Assembly (NCBI GenBank): GCA_013265495.1
Contig: MU058252.1
Span: 1,894,244 to 1,958,243, forward strand
Direction of reading: 5' to 3'
DNA length: 64,000 nucleotides
Origin: Vicugna vicugna
Lineage: Eukaryota
Each line of letters opens with the position of its first letter. The first letter of the stretch is position 1. Below are positions 25,516 through 36,559 of this stretch, piece after piece. The translations under genes were made by a program, and so were the position numbers. A model generated the notes under the pieces. It was not told the DNA's origin, did not search any database, and was given only the letters and a program-made list of their open reading frames with translations.

Positions 25516-26948
25516 CTAGATTTTCAAATTTTACAATCAAGTTACAGACAAAGCCTAGAGGCCTTAATTACGCATCCTAAAGAGAAAGTAACTATGACCG
25601 GCCTTGATGATGAATACAAAGATACTGTAGTCAGAAACACACTGATTGTTTTGAGCGCGGGTTCAAAAGATGATGAAGGCTGACACACACACACACAAAA
25701 TAGACTTAAAATGATCTGGAGTCATTGCCTTTTCTGACGCCTTCTGACCACAATACCTAAAGCCCCTTGCTCTGCCTGCGGGGAAGGGCTCTGGGGACAG
25801 CTGGGACCCCGTGTGGTGGCAGAACAGCTGAGTTAAGGAGCATTTGCTTGATGCTCCGACCCTCGACCCTCTTCCCCAGCGCTCACCGTCCTCCCTTGAG
25901 TCCTGACCCTGGCTCGCTTCTCTTCCATTAATTCTGTGCGCCACGCCTCTCTAACCACGCTCCCCCTGTTATTACCCACCTGTGACTGCTGAGAGGAGGA
26001 CATTTATCAGGGTCCTCTTTCTGAGTAAATAACAAACTGAGAAATATATCACCCCCAGCTGGTTATGAAGACAGGAGTCATCCATCATCCCTGAACATGT
26101 GCAATTTAGGAATCTCCAAGAGACAGTGTTTCAAGAAAAAGAAAAAAAAAAGTGGCTTCTTGGGTAGAAACGGTATCATCTATGCTTCCAAGAACAAGAG
26201 TGATGTGGTGGCATCCGTCCCGCACGGCGAGGGTAGGGAACCAGGGTCTCCGAGCATCCGTGAGCCTGCAGCCCCCCTGCACCATGTGGAAGTCAGTCGG
26301 ACCTAGTCACGTGGCCACGTAAGCGCTTCATTCTCTGCAGACTGGGGGTCTCTGCCATGGACCCACAGATGGAGTGAGGGGGACACGAGCCGAGGGAAAC
26401 CAGGGCACCCGCTCGCCTCTCCAGAGCTGCCTGGTCCGGGGCGCACCTCCTGGACTCTCCCCGCAGCCTGGGCTCCTCAGCGACCCGGCGTCTATGCCGC
26501 GGCCGGGGAGGGGGTGTCTTCCTGGGAGCCTTTGTCTCTGCAGGTGCCCCTTCCTGTTTTGAATTGAGGAGCGAAAACCATCTCTGGGCTGTGCTTTTTC
26601 AAGTCTTACCTAGGGAAATCTGGATTCCGCTCAGCAGAACTTGGAGGGGTGTGGAGAGGGTGTGTTCCCCCACCTGCCAGGCTCTGGTGTTTCCAAAGGA
26701 GACGAAAGGCAGGAGTGTCTTTGAAGGCGCTCCCTCCATGCACCTTCTGCAGGCCCTGCCTCTGTGGACGGGCACTGCCCTCTTTAGTGACCACAGCTCT
26801 GAACCAGGGCGTGGGGAGGCCATGGCCCGAGCCAGGAACTCATCCAGAGTCTCCAGGCCACCTCTGTGCTGCAGACCGGTGTCCTTCCAGTCACATGGCA
26901 GAGCTCAGACTCAGGTAGCAAGGGCTCACCTTCTGGCCTGCCACCTGC

Positions 26949-26996
26949 TCCAGGTGCCACCCTATCTAGGTGCCACCCGCTCTAGGTGCCACCCAC
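26949..26996. repeat. 16-bp minisatellite, 3 copies
   Basis: tccaggtgccacccta / tctaggtgccacccgc / tctaggtgccacccac. Confidence 0.85.
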
Positions 26997-27330
26997 TAAG
27001 AGACTCCCTCTCTCCACCTTGAATTCCGTACTTATTCCCCAGCTTCTAACGTGGTCCAGCAGAATGAGTTCTGAAGACCGGCTAGCACCAAGGCCTAACA
27101 CTCACATGTTCTCTTTTCTGGGTGTGTTACCCGTATTGTCCAGACCTTAGGAGCACTTGACGACTAAATCTCAGTAGGCTGTCAAGCTATGCAAGTTTTG
27201 TCTTCAAGGTTTGTGCTGTTCCAAACAGCGCAGGAAGGTAGCGATCCACGGCGTCTCTTGATACTATTCTGTTATTAAACTTAGTTACTGAGTCAGCAAC
27301 CTAAAAAGAGCTCAATCTCTGGTTTAAACT

Positions 27331-27458
27331 GTTTCGTTGTTTGAGAGGGGAGGTAATTAGGTTTGTTTACTCATTTATTTAATGGGGGGACTGGGGATTG
27401 AACCCAGGACCTTGTGCATGCTAGGCATGTGCCCTACCACTGAGCTCTACTCTCCCCC
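27331..27458 (-). mobile_element. tRNA-derived camelid SINE (vic-1-like)
   Basis: Minus strand reads gggggagagtagagctcagtggtaggg..gtcctgggttcaatcccc (A and B boxes) with tail aaacctaattacctcccct. Flanks ctggtttaaa/ctggcttaaa. Confidence 0.88.
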
Positions 27459-27714
27459 AACTGGCTTAAAGTTGAATGGAATATTTGTGGTGCCAATTTT
27501 AATGCCCTCCCTCTGTTTTTAAGCCAACTTCCATTAAAAATAATGCTTTCGTCCATTAATTTCTCTGCTTTGTCCTTAATTAGAAGTTGTGATTTTATGC
27601 TGATTCAAGCTGTGATTTTCAAGTGAAGAGCAACAGTGCAGAAAGAATTCTTTATTTCAGAAAAAAGGCAAGTTAACGGAATCCTTCCTGGTTCTGGCTT
27701 ATGGTTAATAAACT

Positions 27715-27820
27715 CATCCCTTCACTGAGCATTTATTTACTGGGGGCCACTCTGCCCAAAGCACTAAGCCAGGGGTGAATGAGTAACAAAGATGAATGAA
27801 ACAAGACCCCACTTCAAAGA
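27715..27820 (-). mobile_element. L2 3' fragment
   Basis: cttcactgagcatttatttactgggggccactctg..agcactaagccagg..aaagatgaatgaaacaagacccc. Confidence 0.55.
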
Positions 27821-28079
27821 GAAAATGTAATTCTTTTAAGGGTGCAGAAAAGGAAGACATCATTTCTAGACAAGGGGCTTGGGAGAGGAGGCGACTACAT
27901 TCAGACTCACTTAAATCCCCAGTTGATGTTACCCCAGCCTTAGGGACCCCAGAAGGGTTCGCCTCATTCTACAAGGGAGAAAGGCAGCAAAGAATAACCA
28001 GATATTGGAGGACATCCTGTAGCCTGAAAAAGAAAGACTGAGGGAGGTAGACTGACCAGCAGAAACAGAGACCATTTAA

Positions 28080-29090
28080 GGAAATAAAAGAAATATTTAA
28101 CATCATCCATAAGAAACTGCAGAAAGACTTAAAAACTTCACAATACAAGACAAAAAACACGATATGAAAAGGTTCAATGAGAATTAGCTCTTGAAAATTA
28201 AAACAGGACCGTATTATGGGAGGGGCGTTAATTATTCAATGTAAGAGTTCAAAGCAAAGTCTGAGAAAACCATCCAGAACTTAGAGAACAAAAATAGAGT
28301 GAGAAAATATGTGAAGAAAGATAAGAGGGCCAGCGTTTTAATCCAGACGTTCTAATATTTAATTAATAGGTTTTACAGAGAGACCAAAAGAAGTAGAAGG
28401 AGCTAATCATCAAATAAATAACACCAAAAGCTCTCCAGGGCTGAGTGAGGCTTTAATGTTCAGACTGAAAGAGGCCATCAGATACAAAGCAAAACGCATA
28501 TGCAGAATTGATAAACAAGATTATACTGTATAGCACAGGGAAAAATATACAAGATCTTGTGGTGCCTCACAGCGAAAAAAAAAATGTGACAATGAATATA
28601 CGTATGTTCATGTATAACTGAAAAATTGTGCTCTACACTGGAATTTGATACAACATTGTAAAATGACTATAACTCAAAAAAAAGTTAAAAAATAAAATAA
28701 AATGAATTATCTAAAAAAAAAAAGATATGAAGCAAAAGGAATGAAAAAACAGCCGTATGCAGATGTGCCTTAGGGTGTCTTAGAACGGCAGGCTAAGGCC
28801 GAGATCAGAAAAGCTTTGAGAGAACAAATAAAACCGGGAACCTGAAAAGAACAGAGGCTCCAGCTGGCATGAATGTCTCATCACCAAGAGCACATGGTAG
28901 AAAGCAAAGGAGAAGGGCCCTCAGAACGTTTCAGGAAAATTGTTCTGAGCTTAGATTCTGTACCAGAAAAACTCTCGTCGTGTCTAAGAGCAAAATAAAA
29001 TCACTTTCAGCTAAGAGAGAGGGAAAAAATTACCTTCTGAAGTCTTCCTGAGTAAGTTTCGTGAATTCATATTCCAGCAAAACAAAAACA
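28080..29090 (+). mobile_element. Ancient L1 (ORF1-like region), highly decayed
   Basis: A-rich L1-like text (ctcttgaaaattaaaa; cagactgaaagaggccatc; agaacgtttcaggaaaattg..tagattct); no open frame. Confidence 0.55.
28495..28722 (+). mobile_element. Young truncated L1 3'UTR with 15-bp TSD
   Basis: gataaacaagattatactgtatagcacaggg..caacattgtaaaatgac, flanked by agatacaaagcaaaa (28480-28494) and agatatgaagcaaaa (28723-28737). Confidence 0.9.
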
Positions 29091-29578
29091 AATCTTAAAG
29101 TGAAGAAAAGGGAGGCGGGGTTGTCAGATACAGAGAAACCAACGCACAAGTTTCCTGAAGGCAAATCCCAGGACGACAGTTTTGTCCCAGGCCTGGCGAG
29201 CGAGGCGTTCTGACCAGACCAGGAGGCCTGGGTGGAGGACGGGTTCCACAGCCAGCGTCCGTAAGAGAAGTGGGCTCCAGGGCAAAGGACAAGAAGCAGA
29301 ACATCGTGAAGACAGTATCAGTCCCCTCCTGGTCCCCCTGAATGAAGTCCGTTTGAAACTCCAGGGAAAAGCTGCGCGAGACCAGCACAGCACAGCACAG
29401 CCCAGATGCAGCCCCGGGGCCTCGGTCGCCCCCTGAAATGCAGAGACTGGAGACTCGTCTTTCATGTTGGTCCTGCAGATGTTGGTTTTATGCAACAAGA
29501 ATCGTGCCATTGGAATTCCAGAAAAGGCAGTGAACACTATTTAGTGTTGATAAGAACATAAATACACTTTTAGTTTTT

Positions 29579-30205
29579 TAATCCCATTTAAAAGCACATC
29601 AAAAGTACCCAGGAACAAATGGAACCCAGGAGGTGAAAGATCTATATGCTGAAAACTATAAAACATTCATAAAGAAAATTGAAGATGATTCAAAGAAGTG
29701 GGAAGATATCCCATGCTCTTGGATTGGAAGAATTAATATTGTTAAAATGGCCGCACTACCCAGAGCGATCTACAGATTTAATGCACTCTCTATCAAATTA
29801 TCCATGACATTTTTCACAGAACTAGAACAGGTAATCCTAAAATTTATATGGAATCACAAAGGCAAAGCAATCCGGAGGAAAAAGAACAAAGCTGGAGGAA
29901 TAACCCTCCCAGACTTCAGACAACACTACAGAGCTACAGTCATCAAAACAGCGTGGCATTGGCACAGAAACGGACAAATGGACCAATGGAACAGAATAGA
30001 GAGCCCAGAAATGAACCCACAAACTTTTGGTCAATTCATCTTCGACAAAGGAGACAAGAATACACAATGGAGGAAAGACAGTCTCTTCAGCAAGTGGTGT
30101 TGGGAAAACTGGACAGCCGCATGTAAATCCATGAAGTTGGAACACTCCCTCACGTCAGACACAAAAATAAACTCAAATGGTTCAAAGACCTAAATATAAA
30201 ACTCA
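29579..30205 (+). mobile_element. Internal L1 ORF2 fragment (post-RT region), truncated at both ends
   Basis: ORF 29633-30193 contains [55 protein letters not shown], unmistakably L1 ORF2p. Confidence 0.95.
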
Positions 30206-30959
30206 ACACTTAGAGGGCCTTCAACACTTCTGTTATATGGCTTTTAATATTTGTGCAAGTATGACTTCGATTAAAAAAATCACTCATTGAAATCTGTTCC
30301 TCAAGTAAAGAAACTGGAGACGTCTTCACCACATAGGCAAAACCTGTCAGCAGGAAAGCCAACAATAACACGACTGTGTGATCAACATATACTACACGCG
30401 TGTGTGTGTGTGACTATACATAAAATATATAATCTACTCCCCCCGGCTCGGTGTCTTCACAGGAGCCCTGGCCTTGGCCTGAGTGACTGTCACTCCAATT
30501 CACACGTTATTTATTTAGATTTAATTCATTTACTAGATTATTTTGTTGTCCTGCCAGGCTGAAGTTATCACGTCTCTTAAAGATTACGCAGCATACTTCT
30601 GAGCTGTTACGTTTGGATTTTAACATCCAGAGGGCTTTTCCCCTTATGTCCAAATTTCAACGGTCATTTCCGCTTTCTTCCCAAGGCAGGTCAAGGGATA
30701 GTCGGGCTGGGGCTTGGGAGTAGGTAATCGTCAGCGTGATACGGATTGTCCAGCAAGCATAAGTGTGGGTGCGCATGTCTGCATCCACCACGATTGGAGT
30801 CGGGGCGGGAGACAGACGTCAGGGGCAGAAATTCAGGGATAAACCGGCAGGAACTGTTTTCCTGGACATTGTGACTTGGAGTGTCTCCGTGCTGTTCCCT
30901 ATCACCGCGTGCAGGGAATTCCACCACCACCGTCCTGCTTGGGCGTGAAAGGCACATGA

Positions 30960-31125
30960 GTAGCCTTGCTACGTGATTTTGAACAAATCACTATCCTGCC
31001 TATTAGCCTCAGCTTCCTCATCTGTAAACACGGGGTAACCATCCTCCTCCTGCAGGGCTGTTGTGAGGACTGAATGAGAAAGTCAGTGAAAAGCTAATCA
31101 GACCCTGAGTCCCAAGTGCCACATC
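30960..31125 (+). mobile_element. MIR
   Basis: gtgattttgaacaaatcac..agcctcagcttcctcatctgtaaa..cagggctgttgtgaggactgaatgag. Confidence 0.85.
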
Positions 31126-32029
31126 GTGGACGATAATACTACGATTTCCTCAACTTTAATGTCCGGATGGGATCCATTAGGGTTCCTCTGGAAGCCTAAA
31201 TAGTCCGCGTAATCAAGGCAGCCAGAGGTCTCTTTCACTCAGTGGACGCCAGCGCCATCTTCTCACAGTGAGCAGCGTACCCGACCTCAGCTACTCCCAG
31301 ACACACAGCGATTACGACAAGCTCTCGGGGAGGGGATGCGGGAGGGGAGCGGGCGAGTGCCACCCTTATCTCAAGGGGTCGTATGTTTCAAAAAAGGAAA
31401 GAACGTAACCCTCTGGAGATCCTTATGGAAATACGACTCTGGTCCATGGGTGGATAATTTATTTTCCATTAATGGATACTTATTTTCTATTATCTAACTG
31501 ATAGATGACATGAATTAGCCACACTGCCGAAAGAAAATAGGTTTTCCACACTCATTCTCTATAGCTGTGACATTGGCTCCTCCGTTTTGACACGTTCACC
31601 AAACGGCAATTGTCCGCACTTTTAAAAATGTGATCTGCTTTTTGATGAGAACCTGACATCCTAAAATTCTAAGCTCATGCCATTATTATTGTAAAAATTA
31701 TGGGTTATCCTTTAGCTATGTCTACCACATCTCAGCGTGTGTGCCCCTGTCCTGATTCCGCTTGCCTGTTACAGTCTAAGTTAGGCAGAGGAAAGGGGGC
31801 ACTAAATTACTAATCTCCACAAGGAAACTATTTCAGTAGCTAAACAGCAAGTTAACCGGGGGACTTCAGATGAATCAGTTAGTAATTAACATTAATTCGT
31901 AAGTAAGTAGCAATGTGGCTTACACGTTGTGCAGAGTGGTTTTGTGCAAACTTGTATTTGTATATAGGAAAAGGAAGGATACAGAAAATTGGTGACAAGA
32001 CTGTGGAGCAAGAACCCAGTTCAGGAAAA

Positions 32030-32200
32030 CTCTGGGGACCTGTCCAGCTGCATGCGGGGTCAGCTGAGGGCTCCCCAGCAACCACGCCTCAGCTCTGTCG
32101 CTCTGTCCCGCTTCACGCACAGGTGTGGTTCCCGCGAGCGCTCCCTACCGACTCCCCGCGCACACCTCCCTCTCCCAGAAAGCGGCAACTCCGGAACAGG
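32030..32200 (+). mobile_element. Possible LTR16-type (ERVL) LTR 3' remnant
   Basis: acaggtgtggttcccgcgagcgctccct resembles the recalled LTR16A 3' portion; very decayed. Confidence 0.4.
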
Positions 32201-32736
32201 CCACACTTGGCACTTGTAGGGCCTCTCATATGGCCATTCAAGGGCATGGGTGCACCTTCCATCAGTGGCTCTTTATCTTTAACATGTGACTTCTGCCCGC
32301 CTCCCAGGCTGGGTGGGCCAGGCCCCCAGACGACTCCCCGTTCCTCCCCCAGCAGCTGGCCGCCTGGACTCTCCATGCCGGCTGGATCTGCTCAGGTCCT
32401 TGGGCCCCTCCCCTGTGAAAGGATGGGCCCCACTGACAGGTGCCCGGGCTTGTCTGTCCACCCTGCCCCCACTTGCCATATTGTTGAAAAGATGGATTGC
32501 TGTCTTTTTTTTTTAACATGCTGCTTTTATCTCATCTACTTTTCCTCTTCCTGTCTGTCTCACAGAGGATGTCTCCTTTTTACCAGAGTTTTTATAGAAA
32601 TAACTCTTGTGCATTGCGATAACCGTCCTGCATAAACTGAGTGGGAAAGATCAAGGGAAACTTCATCGTAGTACCTGTCTGCGGTTTTCCCCCATTGGCG
32701 TAAGATACAATAACAAAAGCACAAGAAGACTTTGTC

Positions 32737-32777
32737 AAAAAAAAAAAAAAGAAGAAGAAGAAGAAGAAGAAGAAGAA
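32737..32777. repeat. A14-(GAA)9 compound microsatellite
   Basis: Read directly. Confidence 0.95.
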
Positions 32778-34289
32778 GACAAAAGCAAGAAGTCACTGTG
32801 GTTTGCTGATATTCCCAACTATACCCTTTAACTGCTATTTTATTCTTCTCTTTTTTGGGCTGTATTACGTCTTTCTACTTACCTTTAACAAAACTTCTTA
32901 AGATGATCAATAGCTCATTCACTTGTAATCTTTATTTTGTTTAAATATAAGTTTTAAAGCTGTATGTTTCCTTCCAAGTGCAGTTTGACCCACACCCCAT
33001 GCATTTTTAGCACGTGGTATATTGATCATCTGGCAGCACAAACATTACCTTTGATCTCTCACCCAGTAAGTTTACGTGGAGCAATATTTTTTGGAAGGAT
33101 CAGAAAGATTCTGTTAACTCTCTGTGCTTGTGGATCTGGAATCATTTTTAAAAGTTACTTGCTTTTGAAAAGGTTAAAATAATCATTTTTTTGTTGCTGT
33201 GGTTTTCCTACAATTTTTTTTATTGCAGAAAAAACGATGACTTCTGCTCATGACTGCTCCCTGATGATTCTTCATTTTGCCTTTTCCAAATTCAGACTTA
33301 AATTCAGAATTATAAAACTGTTGTGATTTTTTTATGTCTAAAGCTATCACTGTGTTTGCTACAATGTCCAAGAGATAACATAAAAATTTGTTTCTTTATC
33401 TTATAAAAATAAGGATAATAAAAAGAGTTGATTTGACACTCAAAGTTTACTTATGATTGAGCTATTGAGATAACTGTTTTTTTCCTTCACCAAATGAAAA
33501 TGGGGAAAAAAAACTTGACAAATAAGAGAGGATTTTAGCCTCTTGTTTAACTTTATAGAAATAGGTCAATATTGTATTTCAATATGGTTTTAAATCCCGG
33601 TACAATAATGGTCTATGAAGTGATTTTTAGTTGTAGATTTCAAAGCCCTTTCCAAGCGGATGCAGTCCAAGATGATCACAGTACTCTGTGTGTAGGTCTG
33701 TCAGTGTTCTCACTGCCCTTAATGTGTTCTTATTCCCATTGTCCACCTGCTCATGAACTAATCATGTGCTTTACCTCCAGAGCGAATTTCACTCTCCCAT
33801 GCTGAAAACACTGATTAACACAACACATTCATTATCCAGAGCTATTCAGTCTTCGGCGAGGAAATTTCATTCAAATTCTAAGGCTCTTTCTGCCACCTGT
33901 CCAACATGTCAAACTCATTGCCCTGGAAAAACTGTAAAAGTGGACAAAGACAACTAAACTCTCAAGTTACATTTAAATACCTTTTAGTGGATTACATTCT
34001 ACTGCTTTCCGCCATGAATTCTGACAACATGTTGGCTACTGAATGCCCATTTCTGAGAGGGACAGGTCTTTCTTGGAGAAGCAGCCACTCTGGCAATAGC
34101 AAAATGTTTTTCTAGGTTTTGTATTCCTAGTCTGGGGTATTCCAGCTTGCCTCTCCAGTGGGGGGGAAATGTCATTTCTTAGGAACTCTTTTTAAGCAAC
34201 TTACAATCTCTGCCTTTGACTCAAAAGCTCCTCTGTGCCTTCGCACCACAGTCCTCTGGGAAAACACAGGCTCCCAGTCCCTCAGGCTG

Positions 34290-34655
34290 CGACCTTATTG
34301 GGAAATAGTGTGACTGGATATGAAATTAGTTAACAGGAGATCGTTCTGGTGCAGGGGAGCCCTAAGCCAGGTGGAGTCCTTACAAGTACACACACAGACA
34401 CACAGAGAGGGGCCACGTGACAGCAGACGCAGCGGCTGGGGCAAGGCAACTGCAAGCCAAGGAGCACCGAGGACACGGCCACCCCCAGGGGCTGGAAGAG
34501 GCAAGTCGGATTCTACCCGGAGTCTCAGGGGGAGCCTGGCCCTGCTGACCCCTCGATTTCAGACTTCCAGCTTCCAGAGCTGTGAGGAAACACATTTCTG
34601 TTGTTTTAAGCCATCACTTTTGTGGCACTTTGTTACAGCAGCCCTGGGAGACGGA
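34290..34655 (+). mobile_element. MaLR LTR (MLT1C/D-like)
   Basis: gaccttattgggaaatag..caagccaaggagcacc..gctggaagaggcaag..ttcagacttccagcttccagagctgtgag..ttgttacagcagccct. Confidence 0.9.
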
Positions 34656-34949
34656 TGCCTCCTGCTCACTTGAAAATCAAATGGGAGAAAATGAAATAGT
34701 GAAGAAAACTGAAATGGCTAAAGTCCCACCATGGAGAAACCGTTGTTCATGTTTTGGTGAACATCCACCCAGGTATCTCTAGGCTTGTATGTGCTTTTGT
34801 TAATGTTTGTGCAGAGGCATGAAACTGGGTGAAGGAGATGGCACTAGAAAAGAGACATCTTTTCTTAGACAGAACGTGATACGGGTAAGGATTTCACTGA
34901 GTCGTTACCAATGGTCATTTCTCTACTTAGACTAGATCACAAGGTAGTT

Positions 34950-35205
34950 CTGTTTTAATTTTTTTGTGGAACCTCCAAACTGTTTTCCACAGTGGCTCCA
35001 CCAGTTTTTATTCCCACTTCTCCACATCCTCATCAGCACCTTGTTGTCTCTGTCTTGGTTTCTAGCCATCCTGTGACAGGTGCGAGGTGATACCTAGTGG
35101 TTTTGATTTGCATTTCCCTGATGATTAGTGACATTGAGCACCTTTTCTGTGTCTGTTGGCCATGAGTATGTCTTCTTCGCAATAACTGTCCAGAGTTCAC
35201 TTTGA
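34950..35205 (-). mobile_element. L1 ORF2 C-terminal fragment
   Basis: ggaacctccaaactgttttccacagtggc..gtggttttgatttgcatttccctgatgattagtgacattgagca. Confidence 0.85.
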
Positions 35206-35207
35206 TA

Positions 35208-35235
35208 GAAGGAGGAGGAGGAGGAGGAAGAGGAG

Positions 35236-35269
<34 letters not shown>

Positions 35270-35287
35270 AAGAGGAGGAGAAGGAGA
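35208..35287. repeat. (GAG/GAA)n pure polypurine tract, about 80 bp
   Basis: Read directly; it produces the poly-Ser run in ORF 35094-35459. Confidence 0.95.
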
Positions 35288-35289
35288 CA

Positions 35290-35795
35290 GCCTTTAAATC
35301 AAGAAAAGAACCAAACTGATAGACACAACTTTGCACCATGCAGGTCACAAAGAAGATACTCAGATGGCCAATAAACATGCCATTTCTGTTACTGAGTCCA
35401 AACTTGTCCTGCTCATTGCAAGACAGGACAATAAATGGGGAGACAACGTGTGGGGACAAGGAATAATGACTTTATCTGAAAAGCCGGTAGACCAAGAAGA
35501 TGGGGGGCTAATGTCCTAAAGAAGAACCCTCTTACCCAAGGAACGGATCTAATATGGAGTCAGATTTGTTCTCCTCTATTACATTTCTATGAAGTACAAA
35601 GGCAGGCAGAACTCATCTCACTGTCGGAAGTCAGCACCATGTTACCCAGCGGACAGCGCGACCAGGAGAGGTCACAAAGGCGGCTCTGTTGGTGATGTTG
35701 TTTCCTGATCTGGATGCTGTTTACAAGGATGTGTTAACACACTTACAGTTCATTTACACTTTCTCACATGTACATTATACTTAAATAAAAAGTTT
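35290..35795 (+). mobile_element. Ancient L1 (L1ME-class) 3' region, interrupted by an LTR
   Basis: acaaagaagatactcagatggccaataaacatg; ttcctgatctggatgctg; cattatacttaaataaaaagttt. Confidence 0.7.
35387..35583 (-). mobile_element. Internally deleted ERV1 solo LTR with 4-bp TSD
   Basis: TG..CA termini; tttc at 35383-35386 and 35584-35587; both ends align to the LTR at 46911-47393. Confidence 0.88.
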
Positions 35796-35804
35796 AAAAG
35801 AACA

Positions 35805-36252
35805 CCGACAACATAATGCCATTTGCAGCAACATGGATGCTCCTAGAGAATGTCATTCTAAGTGAAGTAAGCCAGAAAGAGAAAGAAAAATACCATATGA
35901 GATCGCTCATATGTGGAATCTAAAAAACAGAAACAAACAAACAAACAAAAACAAAGCATAAATACAGGACAGAAATGGACTCATGGACAGAGAATACAGA
36001 CTTGTGGTTACCGGGGGGGGGGCGGGGTAGAGGGTGGGAAGGGATAGACTGGGATTTCAAAATTGTAGAACAGATAAACAAGATTACACTGTATAGCACA
36101 GGGAAATATACACAAAATGTTATGATAAATCACAGAGAAAAAAATGTGACAATGAGTGTGTATATGTCCATGTATGACTGAAAAATTGTACTGAACACTG
36201 GAATTTGACACAACACTGTAAAATGATTATGAATCAATAAAAATGTAAAAAA
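35805..36252 (+). mobile_element. Young camelid L1 3' end with perfect 18-bp TSD
   Basis: aaaaagtttaaaagaaca at 35787-35804 and 36253-36270; ORF2 end plus 3'UTR. Confidence 0.95.
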
Positions 36253-36559
36253 AAAAAGTTTAAAAGAACAGGCAGCACTTTGCGCAGCGAAGAGGAGAGG
36301 AGACACATTAATTAGAAAGCAGTGGGCTTCCTGCTTATTCTTTATAAGCCCAAGGGCACAGCTTGTAAGTCAGGGACGAAGGTAAGGAGCCAACACCGTT
36401 TGTAAGATGTGAAATAGTTGAGCTGCTCTGGAAGATGGGCTCTCTGCACATGGTGAGGCACGGAAATATATTTCTTCTTTGCGGATCTCTGATAATTAAC
36501 ATTTGACCTTGCGGAGGTTTGAGAGCGTGTCTGTGTGTCTGTATGAACCACTGTATGAC

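Noticed and set aside
26949..26996. CRISPR-like array (also considered for 60988-61034)
   Set aside because: Eukaryotic context, no unique spacers of suitable length, and no cas genes.
27385..27458. tRNA gene
   Set aside because: The tRNA-like head continues into a SINE tail shared with a second copy and has TSD-like flanks, so it is a SINE.
31913..32635. Longest ORF in the track (240 aa)
   Set aside because: Runs through a probable decayed LTR and GC-rich DNA, has no recognisable homology, and has the composition of a chance ORF.
35094..35459. ORF with a long poly-Ser run
   Set aside because: Translation of the (GAG)n microsatellite plus L1 fragments.
34950..35795. Twin-primed (5'-inverted) single L1
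   Set aside because: The minus and plus pieces cover the same consensus region and differ in age, so they are two elements.
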